Shown here one piece after another: positions 50,701-64,000 of a stretch of DNA of 64,000 nucleotides. The number at the start of each line of letters is the position of its first letter. The first letter of the stretch is position 1. Location of the stretch: NCBI GenBank assembly GCA_036172245.1, contig JAYWIR010000005.1, positions 5,704,001 to 5,768,000 on the forward strand, in the 5' to 3' direction. The position numbers and the translations under genes are program-made. Source of the DNA: Raillietiella orientalis. Taxonomy: Eukaryota. The notes beneath the pieces are model-generated. The model ran no database searches. It was not told the origin of the DNA and saw nothing but the letters and a program-made list of their open reading frames with translations.

Positions 50701-52100
50701 CGTCTTCACGTTCGTGCTCGAGCGAGAAACGCACGAGCCTATACGAAAAAAAAAAAAACCTCCTCCCTCTTTCCGAAAAGAACGATCCGGAATCGAACCG
50801 TCATTAGCATTAATCAAGAAGCAGGCGGGCGCGCGCCTAAACAACTGCTTTTCCCGTTTCTCTGAGAAAAAGACGGACCTGCCGATGAGGTCTCCGAAAT
50901 CTCCCAGGCGCCCGCTGGTCGACCTCGGGAAACGCAAACCTCGGGCCAAAACAATTTCTATCTCAGTTGGAAACTCTGGAGCGCGCCAACATAAAGCACG
51001 CCCGGGCAGCCTGCAGCTCGCAGAAGAGGCTCGACAAACATGGCGTGCTCAATCTTCCCAGAGCGCTTTAATTGGAAAATCATCGGGATTTTTCCCCTTC
51101 CATAAAACAAAAAAAGTGGTCCGTTTCCCCGGTGCTGCATCTTCTCGGAGTCGGTGCACGGATCGAACGCCTCGCGACCGGGAGAGGCGGAAATCGCCTC
51201 CCCGAGAACGGTTTGCCTCCGCGGCGAGGGCGAAGGGTCGGATCCGGCGGGGTGAGCTGCGTACCCTAGGAGGCAGCGACGCTATCTCGATGCAGGGACC
51301 GGGGGGGAGGGACTGTCGGAAGGGGAGGAGGAGGAGGAGGGTCGGATCTCTCCTTTTTCTTTTCCTTTTTTGCTTTCCTCCCGGAGAAAAAGGAAATGGA
51401 GATTCGACCGCGAAGAAAAGGGGGTCGGCCGGGAAGCTGCGTTGTCCCGACTCCTCCCGGAAACTCCGGGACCCTTCAGGATTTCCCACCCCATTGCAAA
51501 CGTCTTCGTTCCCGATCCGCGGTTTCGAGAGACGGAGCATCAGTTTCGGATATCACAAGTGATTGCACTTTCGCCCGTACTTAAAAGCTGCAATTTCGCA
51601 ACGCGGACCACTGGCTACGTATCCTTCATCATCATCATCATCCCGTGGCTTTCCGCTTCCCTCTCTGGTGCTGCTGCGGAATAAACAATTACGCGCTCTT
51701 GCATTGTTACAACTTACAGGCGAAGAATGCGAGATCAGATTATGGTCCAAACACTCGAACGTAATCTGCTTTTGAAAGGCGCCGCGCCGGAGGCCGCGAG
51801 GTCCCTTTGAATTCTTCCTGTTCAATTCCCCTTTGACGAACGAGCGCAACCAGAAAAAAAAAAAAAAAAAAAAAAAAAGGCAGTTCGGGGAGGAAAGGCG
51901 AAGATGAAGATGATGGAAGGCGCGGCGGAGCAGAAGAAACGCAGGAGGAAAAGCGAGGCCGCATTTTCGCACGCTTCGGCGCGGCGTTCGGAGGTGCGCA
52001 GGAAGGTGCGCTTCACGAGGAAGACGCCCCAGTCGAAGTTGAAGAACACCCATTCGGACGGCTTTGGAAGAGATGGAGCATCAAGCTCTGGACCGATTCC
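38780..52100. other. Large GC/CpG-rich non-coding domain (putative cis-regulatory region)
   Basis: Visible shift to CG-dense sequence with GA-rich tracts, (CG)n runs and embedded TAAT-rich blocks. ORFs overlap in all frames with Arg/Pro/Gly/Ser bias and no recognisable domain. Confidence 0.6.
43053..44246. promoter_or_regulatory. Cluster of Exd/Pbx-Hox composite motifs (putative Hox-response enhancer)
   Basis: TGATTTACGG (-) at 43623-43632, TGATTTATGG (+) at 44116-44125 and TGATTTACGG (-) at 44237-44246. Near matches are TGATTTATCC (-) at 43053-43062 and GGATTTACGA (-) at 44200-44209. Confidence 0.55.
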
Positions 52101-53339
52101 GAAGAATCAGCTACCACAGAGTATCCGCTGCCTTTTTGAACCCCTGGAGGTACCATCGCACGCACACGGGACACGGCGAAAGAGGACCGTCCGTCATGGA
52201 GGAGAAAAGGGCGGTCGAAACTCCCAACTACTTATCAGCGTCTTCTACGCAGATTCGATCCGATTTCTGCGATTTTTTTATGAAAAAAAAAAAAAAACAT
52301 TCCCTTCTTCTCCCGGACGAAACCAAAAGCATTCGTACTCGAACGGTCTGCAGCCGCACAGAATCACGAGCTTTCCTGACTGCCTGCCAAACGCAAACCA
52401 CCGGCTGGGGAGCCCAGGAGGCCTCGTGGGAATCCGGGAAACTCCTCTTCCAGTGCCAAGACTCAGTCACCAGAAACGGTACCTCCCTGCGACCTCTAGA
52501 GTTTTGGAGGTTTTGCTTTGATCCGGGACGGTACCGACCGCGCGTCTGAGCGCTTCGAAAGGAGATTCGAGCAGGCTTGGTACCCTTGGATGGGAGGCTG
52601 AGAAAACGATCAGCTTGTCCCGCCAGATCTCGCAGCCCCTCGACTTCGCTTCGTTTCCGGTAAAGGCTTTTTGAGTGAATCCATCAATCTGAGCCCCTGG
52701 TATTCCCTGATCGGCTCCAGGGGTTTCCCAGTGTCCAATACCAGAGTTCGCTGCACGTTCGTCGCGTTCTTCGCGCATTATCTTGTTCATCTGTCCAAAG
52801 TCCCCCTTTGTTTTTCTCAACCCTTTCCACGAGACGGCAGTAACTACATCCCACAGGAGAAACTGGGAGAGGCCCCAAGAATCGGATGACAGCCAGACTG
52901 CTTGCTGAAAACCGGTGCTCCGCATTCTTCCCACTCCCTCTCTCCTCTCCACTTCTGTACCTCGTCCTGCCCGAGTTAGTTCTCAGGGAGCCGATAGCCT
53001 CGGGCACTCGATCCGCCTTTCCCTCGCTTATTTGCTCTCGTCTTCACTCCTCCTCCTCACCCCCAATCCCTCCCTCCCTACGCAGCGATCGCGATGCATC
53101 CACGTCAGGCGAAGTCTCGAATACTCGTGTGCCTTTTATCCATTTTGATGGGAGTCTAGCATAATCTGGACGAGAAATCTGCTCAAACGCAGATCCTCGT
53201 CTTCTTCCCTTTCGCCTTCCTCTCCAGCTATCAATCCGCAGCTTCTCGTCTTTCAGTTGCCACCAAAAGATATCGGAAACGAGACTTCCGGCATCTACTG
53301 ACTTTGGAACCGACTCGATTCAGTGAGACGCCAGCACGA

Positions 53340-53560
53340 ACACACCAACAGGGTGCCATCACTGGACCAGCCCCACCACCGTCTGCTCCCTCCGTACGTC
53401 CTTAACAGCCAGGATGGGTTCCGCCCGGACACGCGTACGGTATCTCATGCAAAAGAGGCGCACCGTTCTGCTGGACCAGTGATTGAATGGATACGTGAGG
53501 TGCATTGCAAACAAACGCGTTACACGCTCAGGGGAAGAGGCTGCCTGGACACGCCCAAAA
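53340..53560 (+). mobile_element. Decayed LINE RT fragment
   Basis: NRVPSL..RLLPPYVLNSQDGFRPDTRTVSH...CLDTPK (cf. NYRPISL...QxGFRPGRSTxDH...DxxKAFD). Confidence 0.4.
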
Positions 53561-56316
53561 GGTTGCGGGAACGATTCTTCAAAGTCAACACTTTCGGAGG
53601 GAATGGATACTTCTCTTGAGCCTCATTCAAAGGGATCCTGGCGCATCACCGTCACGAGTGGAGCATTGAGCAAACAAGTGCTGCTGATTATGTGTCAGCA
53701 GTCGGCGGCTAGGAATACAAACAGCTTTGCAGAAGCACGAAAGCCCCGAGTTCCAGGACGAACGCAACGGGAAAAGAAAACATCGCGGCGTTTTAGGCAT
53801 TTAAATACTCCGTTCGCGGTCTCAGACGTCTCCCTCTAGTGTTACCCTTGTGTTTACCCACTGAACTTCTGAAGAGCTCAAGAAGCTCTCGACAGCCTCA
53901 GTCTCTTCCTCGAGAACATGACGTCGGCTGCCGAGTGGGCCCATCTTCCGGAAGACGTGGGGAGCGAGATCTCCGGCATCCACCACCGGTTCTGAAGGAA
54001 AGGAACGGCTGAAACCAAAGACCCCTGTTCCCTTCCCTCCCCATATCTTTATTTATATTTTTTTATATGTGTATTTGTGGCCCCTCCCTCCCGTTCCGGA
54101 CCTTCGGTGTACCGACCTGCGTGTCGGGAATCCCTCCATTCGTTATTCTGTGTCCTTTGTCCGGGAACTCTGTTCCCGGATAGTTTAGTAATAAACGCCC
54201 CGGCGCACCCGTGTGGGAAACGGGAAACTCATCCAGGTGATCACACAAGCAGCGGCTTTCGCGAGGAGCGCCTGTCTTCATCCGAAACAGGTCTTCCTAG
54301 AGTTTCTCCAGAAGGAACGCGACCATCACATGTAAAGACAGGCTTTCCATCACGCGTCCTTGAAGCATCAGTTCCCCGCATCAGAAGTACCCGGAATATC
54401 ATCCCCTTTAGACACGTCTATAAATGTTCAAACTAAGCCGAATGGAAAAAGGAAGGAGGGGGGGAGGAGGGAAATGAAAGCAAACAAGCAAAAGAAAAAA
54501 AGCATCCAAATGAGCAGTCAAAACATTTGGAGTGAGTCAGATCATCTGGATTCTCCCTATACGACTTCTCCGAGCCTACAACGGATGGGTTGGCTCAAAA
54601 AGTCAGACAGAACCCTGGGGCTTTCCTAAACCGCAAAGATCTCTTCACTTGAGCAGCAGTGCCATCACCAGCTCATCCGCCGGAATGCAAACCAGGCAGC
54701 TGCGCTTAAGGGTCCAGAACGAACATGCTGGGATCTCTGATATTCCCAGGGTGCTTCCGATCCACCACGACTGATCCCGGACACGTCGAGGTCTCGGTTT
54801 TAATCCGCAAATCGGAGTCCGGATTGCGGGGGACACGTCGAGAAGGGACCGGAGAGAGCTCCAGGCGAGAGCTTCTCCTCCATTCTGTACCTCGATGATG
54901 CATGCAGACTGGTCCGTGGATTATGCCTCGTCTTCCACGCCCCTTCCCCAAAAGGATTCCTTCCGCTCGCCTAAGAAAACGCGGCTTCGGGAACTTGGTC
55001 CCGAAGCAAGCTTTCCGCGAAGCAGACGGATCGCTCGTTCCCACCCTCGTCTCGAGATCCAAACGCAGCTTCATTAGAAGGAGGCGGAAGCCGCCTCCTG
55101 GAAGTTTTTTTTTTTCAAGACGACAAATGAGAGAGGAGCTGTGAGAGGGACGCCTTTGGGGCGCGCTTCGGCGCAGGTGTCGCTCTTGATCGAACGGGAT
55201 TTAGGGAAGGAGGGCGGGCGTTTTATCAGCATGTCCGAGAGAAGGCTGGGAGAGAATGAACGAAAATCTGGCGTGATGTGAAATTCTTACAGAGAAATTA
55301 TGCAGCAAGAGGAAACATCTCCTTCATGAAAACATTGGTTTGCTCCCTGATCCCTAAGGACATGCCGATGCCTCGTGATGATGCATATCTCATCCTTCCC
55401 TGCGAACTAGTGAGATACTGATAGCAGCAGCCCCGTTGAGGCTCCATCTTTGTGGACTCTTCTTCATCATGTGCTGGTGTTTGGTTGCACTTTCCTCCTC
55501 CTGCAGCTGCAAGGCGAACCTGAAAGGCGAACGGTGTCACGTGAAGTGTCTACTCTGGGAGATGAAATCAGCAACCTCTCATAGCTGTGGTCCCATTCAA
55601 AAAGACGCAGAAATCTCAAGTGAAAGACACGGCGAACGCTCTCAGCTTTCTCCAGCCGTTCTGGAAAAGGCCTGGACTGTGTCCTTCCCCCCGAGTGCTT
55701 CTTGGAAAAGGATTCCAGCTGTCCGTAGAATCCTGCGTGAAAAGAGTCGGGAACCAAGCACAGAATCATTTGGAACAATTCGATGAACGTGTCTTTAGAG
55801 AGTGCTAAAATCCAAATCGCTGTTTTTCGAGGCGATCATTGCATACCACTTAAAGTTTTCCCACCTTTCGTGACCTTGGAGCTGTCTCCTTCAGAGCTCC
55901 GCTCGCACTTACAGGCTGCAGGCACTCAGCGCCGTCTATCCGTAATAGGGAGTGAATAGAATAGAGCTTCCGCACGTCTTCGGGTGATCCAGCTGCCCAG
56001 CTGATCCTGAAGATTCGAGCAGCTCATAACTCAACTCATGCATCTTGGGGTTCCGGCTTGGAGACCCATCCACCTCTGAGATAGAAAGGAGAGCAGTTGC
56101 CGATCTCGGGAGTGCAGAAGGTCGAGAGCTCGAAAGAGCCACAAATGTGCATTCTTTGAGGAATGGATACATAAACGGGAAGCTGAAGCTAAATCCTTGG
56201 GCGCAAAAAGTTGTCTTCACTTCATGGAGATGTCAGTGGATATTCTGCTTCAAGGTGTCATTCATCATAGATTGGTAGCAAGCCAGTGGCCAAACCTTGT
56301 GCTTGAGAAAGTGAAT

Positions 56317-56349
56317 CTTAGGGAAACTGCCGCAGGCAGTTTCCCTAAG
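56317..56349. repeat. Perfect 15-bp hairpin with GCA triloop
   Basis: CTTAGGGAAACTGCC - GCA - GGCAGTTTCCCTAAG. Confidence 0.92.
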
Positions 56350-57539
56350 TTGGTTCTTCGTACTATGAAATGCAACATTCTTCAGTATAACACAAGGGAA
56401 TTTAAAAGAATTTTCGGACTTCAAAAAGGATTCCTGCGTGCTCTGAGTGCTCACTTGACTCCACCCCATGTAAATTTTTCTTGACTCTCCAAACCAAAAT
56501 GAAGCCGAAGAATCGAACACTCCATGATCTGCCAGCCATCCGTACAACTTGAAAGGGGGGATCAAGAGCTGAAGATTTTTAAGACTTCAGAACGAGAAGA
56601 GGCATTTGAACACCAAAAAATCATCAAAGAGAGCCATTTGGTAGGGGACAGCTCATAAACATGATGTTTGCACATTATCCCGGATGCTGGAGTGAGTTAA
56701 TCTGAATGCTATGAACATGCCATTCTTTAAAACTGAGGCCCAAACCACTAAACGCCTTCATTAGTTGATCAGCTCTCTATTTGAAGGAACAGAAGGCTCC
56801 TTCCAGTGGAGGACACCTGAAGGTGAGTGCAACACCACCTTGCCATGCCTTGGCAGAACGTAGCTGCTGACGACAGCTCACCCTCCTTCCTCCTGTTTTC
56901 GATTTCTGGTGCCATCGATTCGTTCCTCCTCCTGATTCAATTCGTGCACACAGCAGGTGACCAGGCAGAGAATGAACTGTGACCAATGAGAACGGGTCCT
57001 AACGTGTAACGAACCAGTCCATGAAGCAACCCACCACGTGCCACCCACTACTCTTGCCGTGGACACGTCTGGAAGCGGGCTCGCAGTCGGAAGGCCAGTT
57101 TTCCCCGAGTCGATGATGGCTGCAGATAACTCACTCGTTGTCCGGGCGTGAGTGCGCTCCGCCGTGCATCCAAAGCGAGAAGACGCGCAATTCGAGTGCG
57201 TCAAGGGAAAACCACAGTAGCCACCTCCAAAGAATTTGGTGCACAAAAAAGAAATGGATGCTCAGAGACTTCCATAAAGTAATTGAAGCTGTGCCATGGC
57301 ATCTACCAGATTAATGCGCGTTTAAATCGTGTCTTCGGTCCGGTCGGAGAATCGTACAGAGCCTCCTCGGTTAATGCAGACTCAGACGCTAATGACCTTT
57401 CTCCAGATATTTTCTCACTGGGAAAGCACATCTTCCCTAAAGCACTGCGCCACTTATCGAGACGGGGACGAATCCGGAGAAAGCTCCATTCCTTGCTCTC
57501 CCCTCGCCTGGCAAGACATCACGTTAGGGGGGCAGGTTA

Positions 57540-57795
57540 GATACGTTACCTATGAGTCGAAGTGTCTCCACCTCCCAACGGCGCTGCCGGATGCGGACAT
57601 GCGGCAACGGCAGCTGAGGAAACTCCAGGAATCTCTTGACGCGGACATCGAAGACGCCTCACGTAGGACAGCGGCCAAAACTCGAGAGGAGATGCTGGTG
57701 GCCTTCCATCTTAAGACTAGCAGCATCCCCAGGTTTCAGCAGCCGGCCCTCTCCAATGTGGTCTTCAAAGGAGTCAGACACCCCAAGTCCCTCTT
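57540..57795 (+). mobile_element. Decayed LINE RT C-terminal fragment
   Basis: LRKLQESLDA...AAKTREEMLVAFH...LSNVVFKGVRHPKSL (cf. LQxxLDxxxxW...NxxKTxxMxxxF...LxxVxHPKYLG) in one frame. Confidence 0.55.
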
Positions 57796-57879
57796 TCTCC
57801 CTCCCCTAGAGTGGGTTCCCTCAAGTATTCATCGGTAGTAGAAGGCTCGAAGGGCCTTCCTAAGAGACCACCGCCCTCG

Positions 57880-60800
57880 AAGAGGAAAGGGTCAGCGCGC
57901 GCGCGTGCATCCCGGGTGAAGCGACATCTCAGTTAGCGGGCAAGCCGTGCTCACATGGGCACGCGGTTGCGCGTGTGCTCTTCCCCGTTCTCCAACCGCG
58001 ACGCGTGCGTGCCGTCACGAGCGCCCCCGCGTCACACGCCGCCGCCGCGCACGTTGCGACCGCGCTTCCTGGAGTGAGGAGGAAAGGATGAAACAGGAGG
58101 GGCATCTTTTCGCCCGCGTGGCTTGCCGACGCATCGTAGTCCGCCCATCGTCGCCCGCGTGTACATCCATGACGCCTTGTCTTTGAAAAGTTCTCCCCTA
58201 GGGCGCCTATCAGGAGTCCCGGCAACTTGATTGATGGGTCCTTGCCTCCTTTCCTCCCCTCCTCCTCCTCCTCCACCCTTAAAATGTACTTCCGATTCCC
58301 CTTTTGTGCTTGCTGACAGCCGAAAGAAAGGGCGGAGCGAGACTGCCACGCCGCCGCTGTCTGTGTCAAGGTTGCCAAGCTCCCGCAGAGACGGGGCGCT
58401 CTCCTTCGGGAGAAAGGGGGAGCGCCCCTGCTTTCCTGTGCCCTTCGCTCGGCCTCCTTGAACGCCCACGCGCACTCGGGTTCCGCCCTCTTCCTGATCC
58501 CTTTGAGCCTTGTTTTTCTGGAAGAAAAGGAGGGGACGCACTCCCGGCGACCCATGGAGGCAGCTTGGATCGGCAGCACCATTTTGGCTGCTTACCTCTC
58601 TTCGAGGACATGGCAGTTCGGGATCGGTTCACACGAGAAGGAGAGGGCGATAAGAAAGGAAACGAAGGACAGCAGCACCATGCATGCAGCCACACTATCC
58701 TCTGCCAGCTTCTCCTCACGTCTTCTTGGCAAGGAAGCGGAACGACCACCGCCAACTTTGCCCTCATCCCGAGGAAGACTTCAGTGGGCCTGCCATGGCC
58801 CGCCCGGGTCGGTTCCGCTCCTCCATAGTTTTCTCCCGCGCGAGAGCGTCACATCCGACCCCTGACCGACGGCAGGAGGTAGCCGCGGGTTGGTTGCCAC
58901 TGGTTCGCAGCAGAGGGGGATCCCGTCGCGAACCGGTCCTGGAAGTGGTCCCCACCCCATGCCGCAGCTAAGCCACAGTCCGCTGGAGTCTCCCAGGCGC
59001 TTCCTTACGTTCACACCCGTCGTGGACTAGAGGGAGGTGGTGCACAAACTGAGGCTCCCGCCCGAGTTTACTCGTCGGCGGTCGCCTTGCTCGAGCGTGC
59101 CCCGCTCCACGTGCGGGCGAGAGCGGGCTCGCTCCAAGCACGAGCGTCTGCGTCCTCGCGCAGAATGGAAGCAGAAGCGCGGAACCCGGAGCAGATCATT
59201 TCTGGGAAGGAAGGGTTGTCGGCCGCTCTTGCTCCTCCCTCTGCCTTCCCTCTCTCTCCCTGATGTCGCCCCCAACGTGGCCGAAGGATGTTTCTGCTCA
59301 CCTCCTGAGACCGGATCGGCTGGGTCGATTCCCGGAGCGTCCCGCTCCTGGGGGTGACCGTCTGGCTGCTCTCTTGGAGTTCCTGAGCCTTGGGGTACCA
59401 TCACCGGCCCTTTCACACCAGTTATCCCCACGGACTCGCGCGCGCGGCACCGTCCCGGGAAACGTCCCCTTTCGGAATGGTGATTTGGTGCTCAGCATTA
59501 TGCCTGCTCTCTCCTCCGGGAAAAGCGCTCCGGCTCCGGGTCGGTGGGGACGGGCGTTCAGCAGCAGAGCGTCCCGCTTTTGCGACCACATGCTGCGAGC
59601 AGCTCGGCACCGTGGCCAGCGTCACTTCTGGGGTCGCTGGCCACTGTGCCACGAGATTCGCTGGGCGAAAGAGGCAGCAGAAACGTCTCGGGGGTTGGGG
59701 GGTCCAAAAGCACCTGGATGCTCCTCTCCAGAGATCCTCCGAAATCAGGAACGCCGTGCGCAAGAATACGTTGGGAGGAGGCGGTAGGGAAGAGAACGAG
59801 CTAGGGGTCCCGCAAATGCCAGACGTGCGGGAGCGAATTCCAGGAGCGCACCCACGCTTCGCCGGCTCGCCTGAGATTCGTTCGCAGCTCCACAGCCACT
59901 ATCCTCTGCATGCAAAGAGGGGAGGCGGGAGATTCTCTCCGAAGACTCCACGAAGCTGCAGGGCAGTGGGGATGCAGGCAGACTGGGGAAGCGCTACTGC
60001 GGTGTCTGTGGGTGACGTCCTCGAACATGTCCATCCTCCCCGAGAGGCGACGGTTGCCAGTGTGTCTACGAAGGAGTAACCACAAGCAGGGCAGGAAGTG
60101 GTCCTGGTACTTCGCTCCACTCTTCACATGGACCCACTCCCTCGGGTCATGAGGAACTCTTAAACTGCGAGAGCTCGGTTTCTGACCCCGCGCTTGCGGC
60201 TTTTGGCAGCTCCCCACCCCCACCTCTACATGGAAGCCCTAAGGCATCCCTGATCCAGAATGAGTCTCCTCGAGAGTCTCCATGTCTTTTCACTCCCTCA
60301 GCTGCTCCGTCAGAGCAAAAAGAAAAGCAAGAGGGGGTCTATCAGTGCCCTCCATCGTTCCCTTACTGTGAGAGGAAGAGGAGAAAGAGGAGGAGGGACG
60401 GAAGAGCGATTGTCTGATGCTCACAGTCGTCTCAGAGACGCGGCCGTCCTTCGGAATCTTCGGAGGGGATGTCTGGGTGTTCCGCTGCCTCCGCGAAAAA
60501 ACGGAACGCAACAGTGAACTGTAGGTGAAAAGAGTGACGGCCTCCTCAGCTCCATTTTCAGCCACCCAAGAACGGGGGCAAACACTCCTCCTCGGAGGAA
60601 AAGTGGGGAGAAGGGGAGCATATTTCCTGACGACACAGAAGGACAGCATCTGCAGCAAAGGCGGCAGCGGACGTGAAGAGCGACCTCGGCGCACCACCAG
60701 CGTCTCCTTTCCCGCAGCAGAAGCGAAGGCGAGCGCGCTCCTTTTCTTCACATCAGCGCCTCTTGCGGCGTCCACTCCGAGCTCGCTGACTTTGATCGCT

Positions 60801-63800
60801 TCCGACAGTTCACGAAGTGCAATGGAGCCACCGGGAGATTCTGGCTGAGTCCCGGAAGCTTCCTGAGGGGGAACCAAAGTGAAGGTGTCGGCACAGCCCC
60901 TCGCCATCGTCTGTGGGTGCGCGAGAGACCCCTTAGGGGTCGCTCGCGCACCAGCAGTCAGTCCTCCCGGCCGAAACGCTTCTTCTGGCTCTCTTGGGAA
61001 CTCAGGGAAGAGGAAAGGAAGGAGTTCCATCGCCCGCGAGAGCCCCCTGAGGATGCAGTCGCATTCCAGGGCGATGCCGCGGACTGAACCTGCAGGCTCT
61101 TCCCTAGGTCGAGATAGCCGCATTCACGAGCTCCCTCAGGATTCGCTGCTAGGCAGGGGCGTCTCCCTGGTCTGCCCTCTCGGACGGGACGGCCTGGAGC
61201 GACCTCACACGCACAGGGCGTCAGCAGCAGCAGCGGCGGGGAGCCACAGGAGGAGCGGTGCAAAGTCTGGCCGCGGGGCGAAGGAGCGAGAGACGTGGAG
61301 TCACTGTCGACTTACCGACGCGCCGAAGGCGGCGGTCCGGAAGTTTCAAGGTGCGCGTGCTGCTGACCTTTCCCTCTTTTGAGGGCAGAGGTCTCTCAGG
61401 AGAGCTCCTCGACTCGCAGTTCAGGTGTGGGTTCGGGAAGGAGGGGAGAGCTGGGGATCCAAGCGGATGAGTCCATGAGGAAAACACCTGCGGGGTTTGG
61501 GACGGGAGGGAACCGACCTGCTCCGGAACACGAAAAGGAAGCCGCGGAGGAAGACGACGGGCTTGCCCCAAGGGTCTTCCATCGCTCATCCCTGGAACGC
61601 GCGCCGTACTTTCGGGCTGCTTTTCCTGGTCCGCGGTTTCCGCGGGACGCGCCTGGCGGAACCCTGATCAGGAATTCCTCAGACAAGCGGCGAGGGAGGT
61701 TCTTCCTTCGGTCCCCTTCTCGCAGGAAACAGCACGATGGCGGCTCGCGCGCGCGCGTGCGTGCGTGCCAAGGAAGAGCCGCGCGGAGGAGGAGGGAAGC
61801 TCGCCGAGTGCAAACAACCCGGCCGGCTGGCTTTTTCTGCCGCTGCCCTTTCTTGCCGGATTCCAGGGCCTTTTATGGCCTCTAGCGTCAACTTAATTTG
61901 GGGTCCCTTTATCTTTCCGGAGAGATTCTTCGAGATAAGATGCCCCACGTGCACCCGGGAGAAAGCCCTCTCGGTCTGTTCGCCGAAGCTGAAAATCCGG
62001 CGGATGGCGGCGGCGGCGCGGCAGTCGGCGGGCAGGAAAGCGATGACAAATCTCGGAGCGGTCGTCTCCATTTTTCAGCACCTCCCGAAAGCCACTGTAA
62101 GAAATAAATAAGCAAGGGGAAGCAGGGGGAGCGTCCGTTTTCATTGATAAGCAGCCGAGGAACTCTCCTCTTCTGGATTGCGACCATTCTGCTCTCCAGA
62201 GAAGAGGTTCGTGGCCTGAAAGAAGCAAAAAAAATAAAAAGGGGAGGGAGAGGGGAGAGGAGGGGGAAGATGACTGCATCTCGAATCGCAACATCACCCT
62301 TCGTCCACGCCACCCCCTCCCCACGCTCATTTCGAACAGAACGGTCAAAAAGGGGGGGACGAGTCCTTCTGAGATCCGAAGCATCCCTCATTCCGCGGTC
62401 CTACCCCTCTCTGGCTTGTGCAGACGGGCAGCGGGCAGCGACAGGACGTCCGGCCACCTCGGCGGAGACACGTCGACGCAAGTGGGAGATTTGCGAACAC
62501 TCGGGAACAGATTCGAAAGAAGAGGGAAGAAAGGCAGAGAAAGAGGAAGGAAAAAAAAAAAATACTGCATCGCGTTGCAAAAACAGGGTTGCCAATCAAA
62601 ATCCACTCCCCCAGACAGCTGCGGTGACCTTGGGGAAGTGGTTAGAAAGCCGAGAGAAGCACATAAAACTCCCCATCTGGTTTTATTAAGATCTGAGCTG
62701 CCACGAGATGACTGGAGCTGAAAGTGACTGTAATCTTCCATCGAATCCTCGGTCACTTAATGCGCTCCGCTGATAAATCTGATAATCTCCTTGAAAATCC
62801 CTTCTTGCAATCTCGACTGGAAGATACCATCCTCGTTTTCGCGGATCGCTGAACGAACCCTCGTTCGTTCGCGCGCGCGCGTCGGCAGCATTGCCGGAGC
62901 CCGTCGCCTCGGAGTCGACGAAATTTCTGGAAGATAAGCGAGTCGTAAAAATCCGAACGAGCCCTCTCGGATACTCCTCTGCGCGCCGGCGTACCTGAAG
63001 GCCGGCATGTGCATGCCCATTCCGGGTCGCCTCTCCTGCGCCGATCGGGGGGCTCTTCGGCACGCGAGAGAGGCAGGGAAAAGGGGGGGGAGGGAGAGAG
63101 GGAGGGAACGGAGGTCTAGAGTTGCCGCAACAAAGGAACGGGGTGTCTCGGAAAACAGAATTCCGGAAACCCAGCCGACGGGAAAATCCCTCTCCCCCTC
63201 CCCCGTCCCGACAACCCACTCGCGGCAAACGAACGGCTAATGCGCCGCCGGCGTCTCCGGCGTGAAAAGAGTACCCGGACCAAGGGTTAATCAGTGCAAA
63301 CTCCACTCAAATTATGAGCAATCGGTGACAGGAGCCATTGTTCGGGGGATTAGCCAGACCAATTAAAACACAACGTCGACGAATTTCGGATCCTGCCTGG
63401 CTGAATGCCTCAGAGTATTCCGGGGGCAAACACGCAGCGGGTCAGCGGAGGCTCTCTCCCGCAGGTCTTCGCCTTCCGAGAGAGCTGTCTGGAAGGCGCT
63501 GCAGGCGGGTCGAAGGTCCGCCTTCCTCTCCCACTGCAGGGACCACCGCGGCTCCTGGTGAGATTTCGAAAGGAACCTGACAGAACGGTGCTTTTCGGGA
63601 GCGGCAAACAGTTCGCGAACCACCGGGCTCGGCCACGGGGTCTTCCACCGAACGGGTGGGGAGGAACACGGTTCCCATGACGTTCCTTCCGAAATTCCTC
63701 CCCGGGGTGCAGGCGACTTCGTTCAGCTTGACCCAGGGGACGGGATGGCGAGGAAGTCGTGGAGAGTGGAATGCCACGGGCCGAAGAGCGGGCTCGCGGG

Positions 63801-64000
63801 CACAGCCTCGCAACCGGTTTCGCCCACTAAGAGCGCAAGAAGAAGAGCAGCGCTTCCTTTAAAGAACTGCCGCTGTGTGCTCCTGCTGCAGCGTTTGGGT
63901 TCTCATAGGCCTCTTGGATTAAAATCGCATTCGTGGGATGCAGGGAGGAGATCTCAGCTCGAAAAGGCGCGCATGGTCAGGCGTGGTCAGGAAGACTCGT
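57880..64000. other. Second GC/CpG-rich non-coding domain
   Basis: CG-dense sequence with (CG)n runs near 57896, 61746 and 62870, purine tracts and TAAT-rich blocks. No recognisable coding domain. Confidence 0.5.

Noticed and set aside
44078..51878. Long poly-A runs (near 44080 and 51853) as retroposon tails
   Set aside because: No associated element body or target-site duplication, and similar A/T runs occur throughout the window.
38780..64000. Hox-cluster miRNAs (miR-10, miR-993, iab-4/8) or YPWM/homeobox exons
   Set aside because: Searched for by eye and not found, so Hox-cluster location remains unproven.

Overview
This is eukaryotic (metazoan, probably arthropod-like; my inference) intergenic or intronic DNA. 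I found no intact protein-coding gene, rRNA, complete tRNA or CRISPR array that I can support. The long ORFs in the track look like by-products of GC-rich or repetitive sequence. The window has two regimes. (1) About 1-38.7 kb and 52-57.8 kb are of moderate GC and carry many heavily decayed non-LTR retrotransposon (LINE) fragments, seen as ordered but broken RT or RTE-tail motifs. The first 38.7 kb also holds three copies of a ~0.4-0.5 kb composite dispersed repeat, and several near-perfect hairpins are scattered across both moderate-GC parts. (2) About 38.8-52 kb and 57.8-64 kb are GC- and CpG-rich, with purine tracts and short AT-rich blocks dense in homeodomain-type motifs. These include three exact Exd/Pbx-Hox composite sites (TGATTTAYGG) within 624 bp, which suggests the cis-regulatory landscape of a developmental gene outside the window. 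All family assignments come from reading motifs by eye, not from database searches. I cannot demonstrate a new biological system. The best leads are the Hox/Exd site cluster, the composite repeat family, and two unrelated hairpins that share an 11-nt loop.
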